Of a DNA stretch of 64,000 nucleotides, positions 28,801-40,639 are shown one piece after another; position 1 is the first letter of the stretch, and each line of letters begins with the position of its first letter. The translations under genes were made by a program, and so were the position numbers. The notes under the pieces are model-generated. The model was not told where the DNA came from, did no database searches, and saw only the letters and a list, made by a program, of their open reading frames with translations. Origin of the DNA: Lama glama (Eukaryota); NCBI GenBank assembly GCA_028534125.1, contig CM052817.1, positions 29,576,001 to 29,640,000 on the forward strand, given 5' to 3'.

Positions 28801-31800
28801 TCGTTTCCAAACTAGCCTCAATATGACTAATTATTGCAATATTTTTTATAATCATTTTATCACTATGATCAAATACTATGCTCCTTATGCAGGCAAAAGA
28901 GTCACATAGCACGTTGAAAAATCAATGGCTATTATTTTGCAATTAATAAATTGTTTTCAAAATGGATTATTTAATGCTTAGCCTTTTTAATACACAATTT
29001 AAAGTAACAGATTCTTTTAGATTAACCATTGACTATAAATCCAATTCACTTTAAAAACACATAGTGTATGGAAATATAATTTATATTTATTAAAATTGGG
29101 GACAGATACTTTTAGAGAAATAAGGGGTCCTATATTCTACTACAGATTACAATATGCTCTCGTTGAGATTTCAGGTAAGTGATTGTATCTTATTTTCTTC
29201 TAAATTCTACAGCAATAAAATGAAGTATATAAAAAAATTCTTAAGAAAAGGCCTATAATTTAAATCATAAGCAGTTTAAAAAAAACTTGCACAATGCAAA
29301 TAAATAACCCTGGATAATTAGTTTTGTCCCACTATCTTTTCTTTTGCTATTTCATTTTAATCTTTTGTTCACATAGTCAAGCAGAGTTTGTTTCTCTTTC
29401 ATATAGTGTCCACTACTGTCATAGATTTAGAATAAAACAATTGTGTGATAAAGTGGAACAGAAGGAATTACACCTAAGAGCCCAAAATTTCTATGCCTAT
29501 TATTTTTTCCTCTAGCACCTGGAATGTAAGCATTGGGTTTCCATGGAATAAAAGTGAGAGAGACACTTAAAACCATGATACATATATCATGTAACTTCTG
29601 TCTGTTATCTCTTACATTGCAGGTGTCTAGTTGGCATGTTCTTTCTGCTTTTGCTTATAATACCCAGTAGGGCTGTGCTCCTCTGGAAGCTCTAGGGACC
29701 AGCCTGGTCCCAGGCTCATGCAGTTGGAAGGATTCATTTTCTTTCACTTATAGTATTGAGGAACCCATTTCCTTGCTGGCTGTTGGTGAAGGGCTAGTCT
29801 TTGCTCCTAGAGGCCACCCACCTTCCTTCTCATGTTTTCCATGTATTCCTACTTCTTCAAACAAGGGCAGGTGGAATCTCTCTCATGTTTCAAATATTTC
29901 CCCTCCCAGTTCACCCTTCTGATGGATCCCCCAAATAAAAAGGAAGTCACTGTCTTATTTTTTTCTCACCAATATTTAGTAAATTTCAGTCTGCAGTACT
30001 TGCATCTATTTTGCTACTTTTTTTTTGTATTTCTTATTTAAAGTAACTGTTTTCCCACAACAGATCTATAAATTCTGCATGCTCTGTTGTGTTAAGCCAC
30101 CAAGTGTGTGGTAATTTTTTACAGATAACTCAGGAAATTAATATATCATATATATGAAGTTCTAGAGGAGGCAAAACTAATCTATAGTCACAGCAGATAT
30201 TGTCTGAATCAGAGATTAGGGAAAGGTTGCCTGCAAAGTGACATACAGGGACTTTTTGGGAGGTGGAAAATGTTGTATCTCTTGACTGTTGTTATGGTAA
30301 TATTAGTATGTATATTTGTCATAACTCATGGAACTACACCATTAAAATAATGTTAATTATACATCAACAAATTAGAAGTATGATTCATTAGTTCATTGCT
30401 CATTTAATCTTATAGGCAAATCATCACATGGCCTGTAGTCAATGTTGGTAGGACAAAATGGACAGAGGTGAAAGTAAAGTTTATCCTTTCACTATGGTCA
30501 AGTCTATAAGGACATCGTGGTCTCATTCTATTTATGCCTGGATTTACTATACATCTCAAAGTGGTGCATAATCTGGGGAGAAGTAAGATAGCAACCCTTG
30601 GTTTCAGAGGGTGTTCTTTGTTGGCTCACTAGTGGGTTGCTTTTATTTGCCTTATCATTGTTGACATCTGATTATAAATCACCCCAGCTTCTGAACACAT
30701 GAAAAGTCACAAACAATAATGAAATAACTCTTTGAGTAACAGAAGACAGGCAGAGCAAGACAGTGGAGCAAAATAACCATGATCAGCCTTTGTTATTTTT
30801 TTTAATAATCTCTCTGAGCATAGCTGAGGAATCAATTTACTACTCAAATAATTTTTCAAGGGAGAGTGAACAATTGATTCCATCAATAATTTGAGGAATT
30901 TATTAAATCCTGAGTGACTGAAATGTCAGAATATTTGCTTATCTCTAAATCGGGAAGACACTGAGATACTATCATTAACTTTGACATGTGGGAAGGAGTT
31001 CTTACACTGGATTGTGGAAGGTACAAAAACAGCACAAAGACATAGATAAAAATTGTTTGTGAAGCAATGTCAGCATGAAGAGGAGATCAGAGCAGGAAAC
31101 AAGGAAATACTAATTAGCAAACAGGCCTCTTGCTTTACTTTAAGCTTCCCTCCCCACTACCTCTCCCTTTACCTATCTTGATTGTGTTACTTTTGTGTGA
31201 CTCTAAACATTACACTTTGGCATTACTAGAAAAATATCCACCCATTCACATAATTTTGCAAGTTAAAACAACCATGTCATTGCCCAGAACTTCGAGAGAT
31301 AGAGAAGCCCTACAGTTTATCTTATAGAATATGAAAATTGCCTTCATGGTATAATTTTGCAAATGATAACATGAAGACCTTTGTCCTAAACCTTAGTATT
31401 GAGAGCTTAGATTTAGGCATGCAATCATTTTCATAGGCATTTTAACATCTTGGCCCTAATATGGGTTTTTATTTTATAGTGTACAGATTTAGAGTTTAAC
31501 CAGAAAATCTGGCCAATTGGCTGTCAGCTATTTTTAGAGGAATGAACTTCCCAGAGTAAATGGGAACAAGAGAATATATGTTAGCTTAGTGAAGACACTG
31601 AAGCAGGTGGATTCCAACAAAGGGAATAACATATCAAATGTCAAGTGAAATAATATAGTAAAAAAAGGTATAGTACCTTTAAAGAACAAAAAATAATATT
31701 ACTGAAAAATAGAGCTTAGGATGAAGAGTTTTTGAGAGATGTAGCTGGAGAGATATAAGAAGAACAAGAAAATAAACCAAAGGAAAAAGTTATGATTTGA

Positions 31801-33569
31801 CTTACACTAAGAGCAATAAAAGGCTTACTAGTTTTCCTTAAGGGAAGGAAATGTTCAGGTGTTCCTGTGCTGCTGAAATTGAGGGGCTTTCCAATCTTGG
31901 GACCTAGGGTAGACTTCTTCATATATACTATTATTGAGTACAGGAAGTAGCAGAAGTAGATTAACAGAGATCAAAGCTCTCATAACTGTCAGAGGTTATG
32001 TGTGCAGTTTGAGGCCAAATCCCTGAAGGGGTAGGCTGACGTCTGTAAGGCCAGAGTCAGGCTGTGGAAACTTTGAATATTACGAACTTTGAACATTCAC
32101 TATCCTTTTTCCTTAAAGTGGAAATCTTTTTCTTTTTCTTTATTTCTTTCAGAAAAAGCTACTGACTCACTTGATAAAGAACTTATCTCTCATGCCTACA
32201 GAGATGAACCTGAAACCCAGAGTGGCCAGAGTATCCATAATGATTAGCTCAGAGGTAGACATGAATTAAGCAGAAGGAGAGTTACTTGGGGCATTTAAAG
32301 TGGATACTGAGGGAGGAGGTTAGCTTTTATTATTCTTTAATTGTCAGCTAAAAGAGCACTGTTAAGTCTAAAAGTTTTGTTAGCAATTTGTCATAATATG
32401 GAGAGTAATTAATTGATTTTGTTTAAGCTAGTTTGAGATTTAGTGCAAGTATCCTAACTGATATGTGTATTAATGGAAAAACAAATTTACTTGGCATCAG
32501 AATGTAATAACACTTTAATGGATTATAAATATATCTATAATTACATATAAATATATGTATACATGCCATAACTTAGGTTAATTCATATTTTATAGTAGAA
32601 AAATAATCAGAGCATATTAATTAGAGGCAAAGTAATTAAAAGCACATATTTGAAATATATTAGGTATGTGTCATTTGCTGAAATGTGGAAGTAAGATGAA
32701 CTAATACATTTTAATGATTTAAGGTCACATCTTAACAGTATATACAAATATTTAAAGCACATGCAAAATCCATGAAATTTATTTTCGTGGTTTTTTTTTT
32801 TTTTAAGAAACTTCACGCTAGCCTTTGTAATGAAGTCCTGTTTTAACATTAGGTCAAAGTATTTTGTCTTGAAGCAAAACATCTTTTAAATGTGTTATTT
32901 GCATTCCATATAAGATTAGTGCAGGGGCCTTAGTATTTTCTGAGTCTTTTGTGAAGATTGCTTTGAAGGTCAAAGTGCATATCACTGTATTCCAGGTGAC
33001 ATACCTTGCTGTCACTCATGAATTAATCATATGCCAACTTTGTAATGATGCATGCAGTGAATACACCTGAATAGTTCATTAATTGTTTGATCAGAAGAAA
33101 CACATTGGGAAATGTATGCTATGGTAACAACGCTATCTATATATTTAGTGTATCATCTTCAATACACTGAATTACACCTAACATGATATTCTATCAGCAA
33201 ATTTTATTAAAAGTAATAAACACTGTCTAAATGTTAATAGATCCATTGAATCAGTGACAGTGGGAGCCTATAAACATATTCATCAGTTTTACTCAAGTCT
33301 GCATGGTTATACAGATAGGAAACACAAAAGCAATATTAAATATACTTTTGGATTTTAGATAATCTAATTATATTTGTAAGTAATTACTGACAGGACTACT
33401 GCACAGAAAAATAACATTGTTTGAACTTCAATTTTTTACTTTGAATTTAGGATCCACGGAATATTAATTTCAGTGGTTAAGACTATATCACACTCCTCTG
33501 ATTCACATAAATTTGAATCAACAGCAAACCAAATGGGGAAATTCAAAACATGTTTGTTTGTTTAGAACC

Positions 33570-34755
33570 TCAGTTTCATAGGGATCCAGACCACATCAAC
33601 CATCATAAACTGCTGACCAGCTTGCTTCAAGTAATAGTCATACATACCTTGGTCCTGACCGTGGACACTACAGTGCTTCATAAACTGGGTCTCACATCTC
33701 AGTGTGGTCTTGGAGCCCATGGAGAACACAGAATCAGATGTGTAGATGAGAGTTTTTGTGGAAGTCCTGGATTCCAGTAGAGTAGTTCCTGCATACTGTT
33801 GGAGGAAAAAAAATATGAGTTTGGATGCACTGGAGGGGGTAAGAGTGACTGCCTGACTTTACCTGCATAACTACTTCCCCAAGGAAGCACAGGTTTGTGC
33901 CAAAAAAGACTGTCTTCATCCATGATTTATCACATGGGGAAAGTGAGAGTATGTGAGTGAGTACTCAGACTCCCCAGCCATGTGAGATGCTGCCAAGAGG
34001 CCCTGTTTCTTTTTTTGCCCCATCCAGAGTACTGAGCTGTGAGCTGCACTAGCTGGGGTAGGGAAGACGCTGAGAGAGCGACAGAGAGGAGTCTCAGATG
34101 GTATTAAAGGCATGTGGATTCAGGGTCTGCTAACTGCATTGTGAACTCCATCAAGAAGGCCACCAAAGAGCCACTGGGGAAACCTCTCTTGCGGATCCTC
34201 CCAACTGCCCTATGGGAACCCCCACTGCTTTGTGCATCTCACCCACACACCTCCCAAACCGTGTGACCCTCTGCCTGTGAACACTCCAGATGGCCTCAAG
34301 AATGAGCTTCGTCAGATGGCCAGTGAGCACTGCAGAAAATCAGCCTGAATCTCGGGCCAGGCGCAACTAGAAATTTGAGTGTTAGCGTTACCATTGGCAA
34401 AGCAAATGGGAGGCTGTCAGCAATCAGTCTGGTGTGTTGTGGGACCGACAGAAGACTATATGCTAAAGAATTCTGCCACGAGAGGAAGCAAGAAGTGTGA
34501 CACAGGTGTATCCACTGAGGATAAAGGACTGAGAAAGCCTCAAAATCCTTAGCAGAGCAGTGGGAAGGAAATTCTCTCCTAAAGTTGGTCAGTAAATACT
34601 GGAGGAAGTTTCTGCTATTTCCAATGGAATGACAGCAACTGCAAGGACTTCAAAAAACAGACAAAATCATGGAATCATGACATCAATAAGGGACCACAAT
34701 AATCTCCTAGTAACTAATCCCCAAAATACCCCTGATAAAGAACCCAAAATAGCTA
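33570..34755 (+). mobile_element. Old L1 5' UTR plus start of ORF1 (L1M2/L1MA9-like), truncated
   Basis: gagtttttgtggaagtcctggattccagt...ggatgcactggagggggtaagag, then ORF1 N-terminus-like atgacatcaataagggaccacaataatctcctagtaactaatcccc...cctgataaagaacccaaaatagct. Confidence 0.7.
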
Positions 34756-34759
34756 GGTA

Positions 34760-34920
34760 TTTTTTCCCCCTGTGACGAGAAATTCTAAGACCTACTCTCT
34801 TACTAACTTTATATATACAGTGTTAACTAAAGTCACCATGCTGTACTGTTACAACCCCATTAGTTATTTATGTTCTAACTAGAACCTTGTTCTGTTTGCT
34901 TCCTATCCTTGCCCAGCCAC
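34760..34920 (-). mobile_element. L1 3' UTR fragment (L1MA9/artiodactyl type) abutting the KLF13 retrocopy
   Basis: gagaaattctaagacctactctcttactaacttt...ttaactaaagtcaccatgctgtac. Confidence 0.75.
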
Positions 34921-35770
34921 TCTGTTGCACGGGGTGGTCAGAAGGGCCCGGCCAGCTTCTGGACGGCCACGCTACCCTACCCAACTCCCAGGCAGGCCAG
35001 GAAGGCAAGGCCAGCGCCTTCCTCTTCGTGGAGGAGGCGTACTGGGCGGCCACGACCAGCGAGCGCAGGCGCGTGCCCTTGAAGAGCCCAGAGAGGGCGC
35101 CTCTAAGGAGAACCCCCTGCTCCCCACCACCCCACGCAACCCCTCCTCAACAGCGGCGGCGCAGGCGCGGAGACGCCGCCCCACCCCCACCCGCAGCCCC
35201 GCGAGGTGTAGCCGGAACTTCAGCCCAGGTGGGACTGGAGCCTAGGCACCCAGACAACAGCGAACCCCACCTCATTCGAGGGGACCTACAGGGCCGAAGT
35301 CATGCCAACCTGGGGCCCCCGAAGAGAAAGTACAAGTGCCACGACGCAGGCTGCGAGAAAGTTTTGCGCCTTCAGAACTCACAACGGCAAGAGGGCCTTC
35401 GCCTGCGGCTGGCAGCACGGCAACCTGAAGTTCGCGCCTCCGCCAACCTGGCGCGGCGCCGCCTCACTGCGCACGCGCGAGAGCGTATGTGGCCCACCTG
35501 TGGCAAGCTCTTCACGGGCGAGGACCGCTTGAGGAAGCCCGCGCGCCCCGGCACCCACTCCTGCCCGGCTGCTGCAGCCGCCCCGCGGGGACCCGGCCCC
35601 GCTCCCTCAGCGACGACAGCCGCTCCGACGACGCCAGCAGCTCTACCACCAGCCCGGCCCACGCGCCCTGAGCGCCCGGCCCTCGCCGGGCTCTCACTAG
35701 CCCCGCCGCCCCCGCCCCTCGTCGCCATGGGCCGAGGCCTGAGGACCCTCCCCCTTACCGCAGCCAAAAG
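34920..35770. promoter_or_regulatory. CpG island (coincides with the KLF13 retrocopy CDS)
   Basis: The only strongly GC- and CpG-rich stretch in the window, with about 14 CpG in 35341-35460 by manual count. Promoter function is not shown. Confidence 0.7.
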
Positions 35771-36530
35771 CAGATGTTCTCACTTGGTCTCCTGAATACT
35801 TGTCTTTTCCAATTTTGTGATGAGAAAGGAGAGAACTCTGTGAAGTCGACAACGAAAGCAGTTTTCTTCACCTCAGGTGTGAAAGTAAATTTGTAAAACA
35901 GCAGCAACAAAACAGCATCCACAAATTGCACAGTAGACACGTCCGTGAGGGTGAGATTCAGCGGTTCCTCTTTCTCAGGGATGGACATGTCCCAGAGTTC
36001 AGTAAAGGAGAGACCCCCGCTTCCCGCCGCCTTACTCTGTACATAGATCTGCACTCTGGAGTTTCCTTTAGGTTCAGCAACACACTGGGGACAAAGCCCG
36101 CACTGCAGGTGGAGCTCTGTTCCTAGTCTGCATATCAGTGGATCAGTCCGTTGAGAGCTGTCATGGTCACTGACATTTGTACTTCAGGACAGATTCCTAA
36201 GCTGGGGGCCCTGCGTCTCCCTTTTACTGCCCATCTACCCAGCCTCCAGCCTCTGCTCTAGCTCCCGGCCAGGCTCAGAATGCAGACGGTTCTGAGGGAC
36301 AGGTGGCCTTAAGCAATGGTGGACAAAGGGAGCACTCTACCCAAGGAGACTGCAGAGTCATCTGGCTTCATGAGGCCCTGCCTCTCCCTCTCTCCGGGAC
36401 CTTCTCTCTGGGGCCCCTCAGAGCACTGGAAGCAGAGATGCAACTCGGGTTGGGCGGACAGTTGTGCCATCCCATGTCCAGTGTGACAAGACCAGGCTAT
36501 CCCCCTGAGCCTCAGCTATTATGCACACAG
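34920..36530 (+). pseudogene. KLF13: KLF13 processed pseudogene (5'-truncated CDS 34925-35671 plus 3' UTR-derived sequence)
   Basis: Pieces in alternating frames match KLF13 in order: GKASAFLFV (GKDSASLFV), GRSHANLGPPKRKYKCHDAGCEKV (GRSRADLESPQRKHKCHYAGCEKV), FRTHNGKRAFACGWQHGNLKFA ([22 protein letters not shown]), CGKLFTGEDRLRKPAR (CEKRFMRSDHLTKHAR) and SLSDDSRSDDASSSTTSPAHAP* (SLSDYSRSDASSPTISPASSP*). No intron in the ZF1-ZF2 linker, multiple frameshifts, ZF1 helix deleted. The right boundary beyond ~36100 is inferred. Confidence 0.93.
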
Positions 36531-36531
36531 T

Positions 36532-39105
36532 CCTGTGCCTGGGATGCTACCATTGTCATGGCAAGCTGAGTATACTGACTGACAGGCCTCTTGTGGCCCA
36601 CTGCAGACATGGGCTGCTGCTGCTTTTGCTATTATTGAATCCAGCTGACAGAAGTGGATGGCCCCTCTACTGCCCCGCCTCACAATACAGGAAAAGCTTG
36701 TTTACGACCTTGTTCTTCTCCTCAGGAGGATGAAGTTCTCAATGATTAGTTACTTGAACTTGAGTTCCCAGGTCTGCTCATTCTGTGCCTTTTGCAGATC
36801 CTCCTATATATGGACATGCTCATCATACTTCTCCTAGATGTCTGCCTTCACTGCCTGCTGTTTGGCATAGAGCTTCTTGAGTTTCTTCATTTTGACTTTG
36901 ATGTCCTGCTGCAGGGATGTGTAGGTGCCCTGGAACTACATGGTCTCTTCACCTCAAATCATCACCTCCTGTTGCATTTCCTGCTCATGGCATTTTTTTG
37001 CTTGGCAATCTCCTGACTCTTTAGTTTCTAAATCTTCTGCTGCTCCTTGTTGTGATCCATGATGTTCCTGCCCCGAAGGAGCAGCTTGCTCTCCACTGCC
37101 TTGTACTAGGATGCAAGCAGCTCTGGAGATCTTCCAGCATCTTCTCCTTCATCTCCAGCAACTTCTGCTTCTCCTCACTCACCAGGCTGCAAGACATCCT
37201 GGATGGTCACCTTCTCTTCCTCTAGCTGCTACTTCTGCATCTGCAGGTAATTCTTTATGTTCTTATCCAAGGCCAGTTCCAATAGGCTGGGGCAGGTGGT
37301 GGTTGTTATCCTCCTCTTCTGCCTCCCAGGTCTTGATCACTGGCCCTTCATGGTATCCCACTGTGGCTGACATGGCCTTCTTTATGCTGCTACTCTTCTT
37401 CCAGAGCCACTTTCCCAGCACTCCCTTCTTCTACAGATGAGACTTCAGGTAGGTGATCTCCTCCTAGAATTCTTGCAGCTGTGTGTCTTTGGGATCCTTG
37501 TGCACCCAGGGCTTGTTCTTGATATTCTTGGCTTGGTTCACAAAGTTCAGGTTGGAGAGGATCTCCTTGGAGCCAGTAAGAAGCTAGCTCCAGTGAGGCC
37601 ACCATGATGGTCTTATCATTCCCCTCAAGAGAGTCCTGCAGCAGCCGGGTCAGCTTGGAGTCCCAGTAAGGGATATGGGTGCTCCTGTTGCCCACCAGAG
37701 TAGTGATCTGACAGGGCAGACAGAAAGATTTGATTTTGGAGGGTTCCTTAGGCCCTTCTCTACCACTACCTTCACCTTCACCATCACCATTGTGCATGAA
37801 CTGTGTGCCTATTTTTTCAGCTCTGTAGGGACCTGCTTTATTCTGTTTCTTACTACTAGTCAGATCCACTAGATTGAGCTTACCCAAATAGATGTGGTCC
37901 TGGCCATCATAGTCACACTCAGTGCCATCCATGGTAATGACAAAGATGGAGTGGGAGCAGGAACTGACTTCATTCATGTATGTGTTGCCCATAACCCGAG
38001 TCTGGTTCCACAAATTCATCATATGCTCAATCTCCTTGATAGTCTTGGTGACAAAGGAGGAGAGGTCCTTGATGTGGATACCTCAGGGTTCTCTATCAGC
38101 TTTAGCCTCTTGCTGGGCTACTTGGAGAGCAGATCTCAAATCTCCTTCTGGTATATCTCCAGGTAGGAGGCCTGGACCAGGTACTGCTGGTTCTAAGAGC
38201 ATGAGAAATGAGTGAAGAAATGTTCAAAGGTGTTACCCTGTACAGCTTGGGCTCCCTTGCATGGTATAGGTCATGCCAGTGCCCATCTGGCCATAAGCAA
38301 ACACCATGCCATTGAAACCCTGAAGTATTGAGTCTACTAGGGGCCTCAAAATTTTATCATCTAAGTCTGATAGTGTGGGGATTCCACAGAGTCACCTGGC
38401 CCAGTTTTACATCCACAGTCAAAATCTACTAGTAAATAGCATTCTCGTCCCTGTGGCTGAGAGAGTGGCACTGGGCCATCACCTTCAGGACCTCTCTGGC
38501 CTTGTTTTTACTGGCCATCTTGTTGCTTCATCCTTCCACCACCCCCAAGCTGGCGTACTCTGCAGCCTGGGTGGTCTTGCTGCACTCTGTAGGTCTGGAT
38601 CAGTGGGGCTGACCCAGCCCCCAGTGCTACTCTTCAGTCTGCATGCAACCTTCCAGGGTGGGGATTCTGGGAGATGTCCCCACTAGTGCTGCAGTCTGGG
38701 CCCCCACAGTTCTTCAGTCCTTGCAGCATTGGTTTGTGGGTGGGGAGGTGTACAGCGGGGAGAATTAGGCAGAATTCCTGGAAGTCACAGGAGCTATGGT
38801 AGCTGAATGGCAGTGCCTAGAACTCCTCATTTTGGGGGCAGAGGAAGCCCTGCTGTAAACAGCTATGGCAACAATGAGATACAAGAAGAGGAAAATGGGA
38901 TGGGGGTTGGCACCACAGAACAGTCTTCTCTTCCTCCTCCTGCTCGTGGTGGGAACTGCTGGTCCTGGATGGCTGGGGGTCCCAGACTTCCCATGGGCAG
39001 AGACTCACATGGAGTCTTACCTCAAAGATGAGAAATTATTCTTGCCACCAGCATGGCTGTTGCTACCTCTGCCTCCACTTTATCTGTCACCACCCCTGGA
39101 GGGAA
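36532..39105 (-). pseudogene. KIF3C: KIF3C (kinesin-2 motor) processed pseudogene: 5' UTR-like segment ~39105-38519, CDS from ATG at 38518, 3'-truncated at ~36532
   Basis: Minus strand reads MASKNKAREVLKVMAQC (MASKTKASEALKVVARC), [20 protein letters not shown] (P-loop), [20 protein letters not shown], the KIF3C-specific Gly-rich loop-11 insert, [18 protein letters not shown], the coiled-coil stalk and SAVGHKRPVSQY. Continuous with no introns, and carries many stops, frameshifts and an internal deletion near 38370. Confidence 0.95.
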
Positions 39106-40639
39106 AAAAGAGAAAGGTATGAGAACAGCAGTGAGAGTAAAAGATCTCTCTTTATATGTAAAACTTCTCTGATCTTTTAAAGTTTGATTATCAGATGATG
39201 GAGAATGAGCCATATCTTTTCTATCATAAAAATGTTTTCTAATATGTGAAGTTTTGTTTTAAAGAATATAAGCAAAAACAAAACCTGTCATTACCAATGA
39301 AAACTCAGTGTAGATGATATGCATACTTTTATATCATGTGAAAATTATACCTTCTTCTTGAATATATAATTATGAAAAACATTAATTTGGCGCCTCTGTG
39401 ATAACTACTGGGTTTAGATATAGCTACTAAATGTTAAACCAGATAAGTAATTTCCAACTTATACCTCATTAGTTTTTGTTCCCTTCATTGGAGAAAGAAA
39501 CAACTGTTTAATTTTTCTCATTCTAAGTAAATGTCTGTCTGAGTTCTAGTGGTAGAATTGGTTTTGCCCAGTTGAAGGATTCTTAAAAAAATATGCATCT
39601 AGTTGTTCCTAAGAAATGTGGAAGAGTTTCATTTCAACTTGTAGTTCATTGTAAATATGTTGTTTTCACTTTCGTGGCAGTTCTGTCTTCCTCATCTCTT
39701 TTATATATCTTAGAACAAAACAAATGACAAAAATGTAAACTATATACTTGTCTTGAGGACCTTAAAGAATTTAAGGAATTGATGGATCATATCTAGTCTA
39801 AAGCTACAGGATATTGACCAAAAAGGGGAAAATAGGAGATCTTCACTCACAGTGGCAAACTCTGCATTGTGTAAAGAGTAAAATGATTTACTATATAAGA
39901 AAGCTTAGTAACAAGGTAATGCAAACTTAGAAATACTGCTGAGAATGAGTTGGCATTACTATGGTATCTGGCTAGGAGACCACCAAATACCCTAATCCTG
40001 CTCTTAGCCAATCATCCCTCCTTATGAAATAAGAAAATATATGCACAGTTATAAAAGGTCAAAGCCAGCTGAAGAAGACAATTACTAGCCATTACTTTGG
40101 TGGCAAACCTCAATGCAGGACGTCTCCCCCTCAGTTATGTAAGCCTGAATGGTATATAATTACAAATACTGAAGTAAGGTCTCTTTTATCTAAGTGCAAA
40201 CTGAAGTATCAAATTACAAGAGTTTGAGAGATAGGCAAAAAATTTATCCATTTTACCTTCCCAAGTGTGAAATCAATAAAGAGCCGTACCCAGAAGTCAA
40301 GCAGATAGCATTTGTTCTTCAGTCAAGTAGTTCTGCTCACAGCCTGTGCATTCTTGAAAAAGAGAAGAATATTAGGGGCTGAGTGAGGGGTGCTTGTACA
40401 ACTCCTTGTCCCAAGAGAGGGTGTTTAATTATTATCTCCTCCCCTCAGTGTTGACCATGTATTTATTATTGAAGGGCTTTTCAAAAAGTCAGTGGCATAT
40501 TTGGCTTTTCTCAGACAAGAAGTAAATGAAGAGAAATAGAAAATAGATGCTGAGAAAAGCAACACTCAACACATAGAGATCAAAACTTGCCAATTGCAAT
40601 AAATGACTAAAACATTTCAACACAGCATTTAATGATGGA

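Noticed and set aside
36155..36180. Minus-strand gtgaccatgac resembling the KIF3C C-terminus (..DHE*)
   Set aside because: The sequence between it and 36532 does not translate to the KIF3C tail, so it is probably a chance match.
37390..38022. 210-aa kinesin-like ORF as a functional gene
   Set aside because: It is a fragment of a pseudogene with upstream stops, a mutated P-loop (GQMGTGMT) and switch II (DLTSSK), and frameshifts.
36303..39213. Numerous 60-110 aa plus-strand ORFs
   Set aside because: Mostly antisense shadows of the KIF3C retrocopy.
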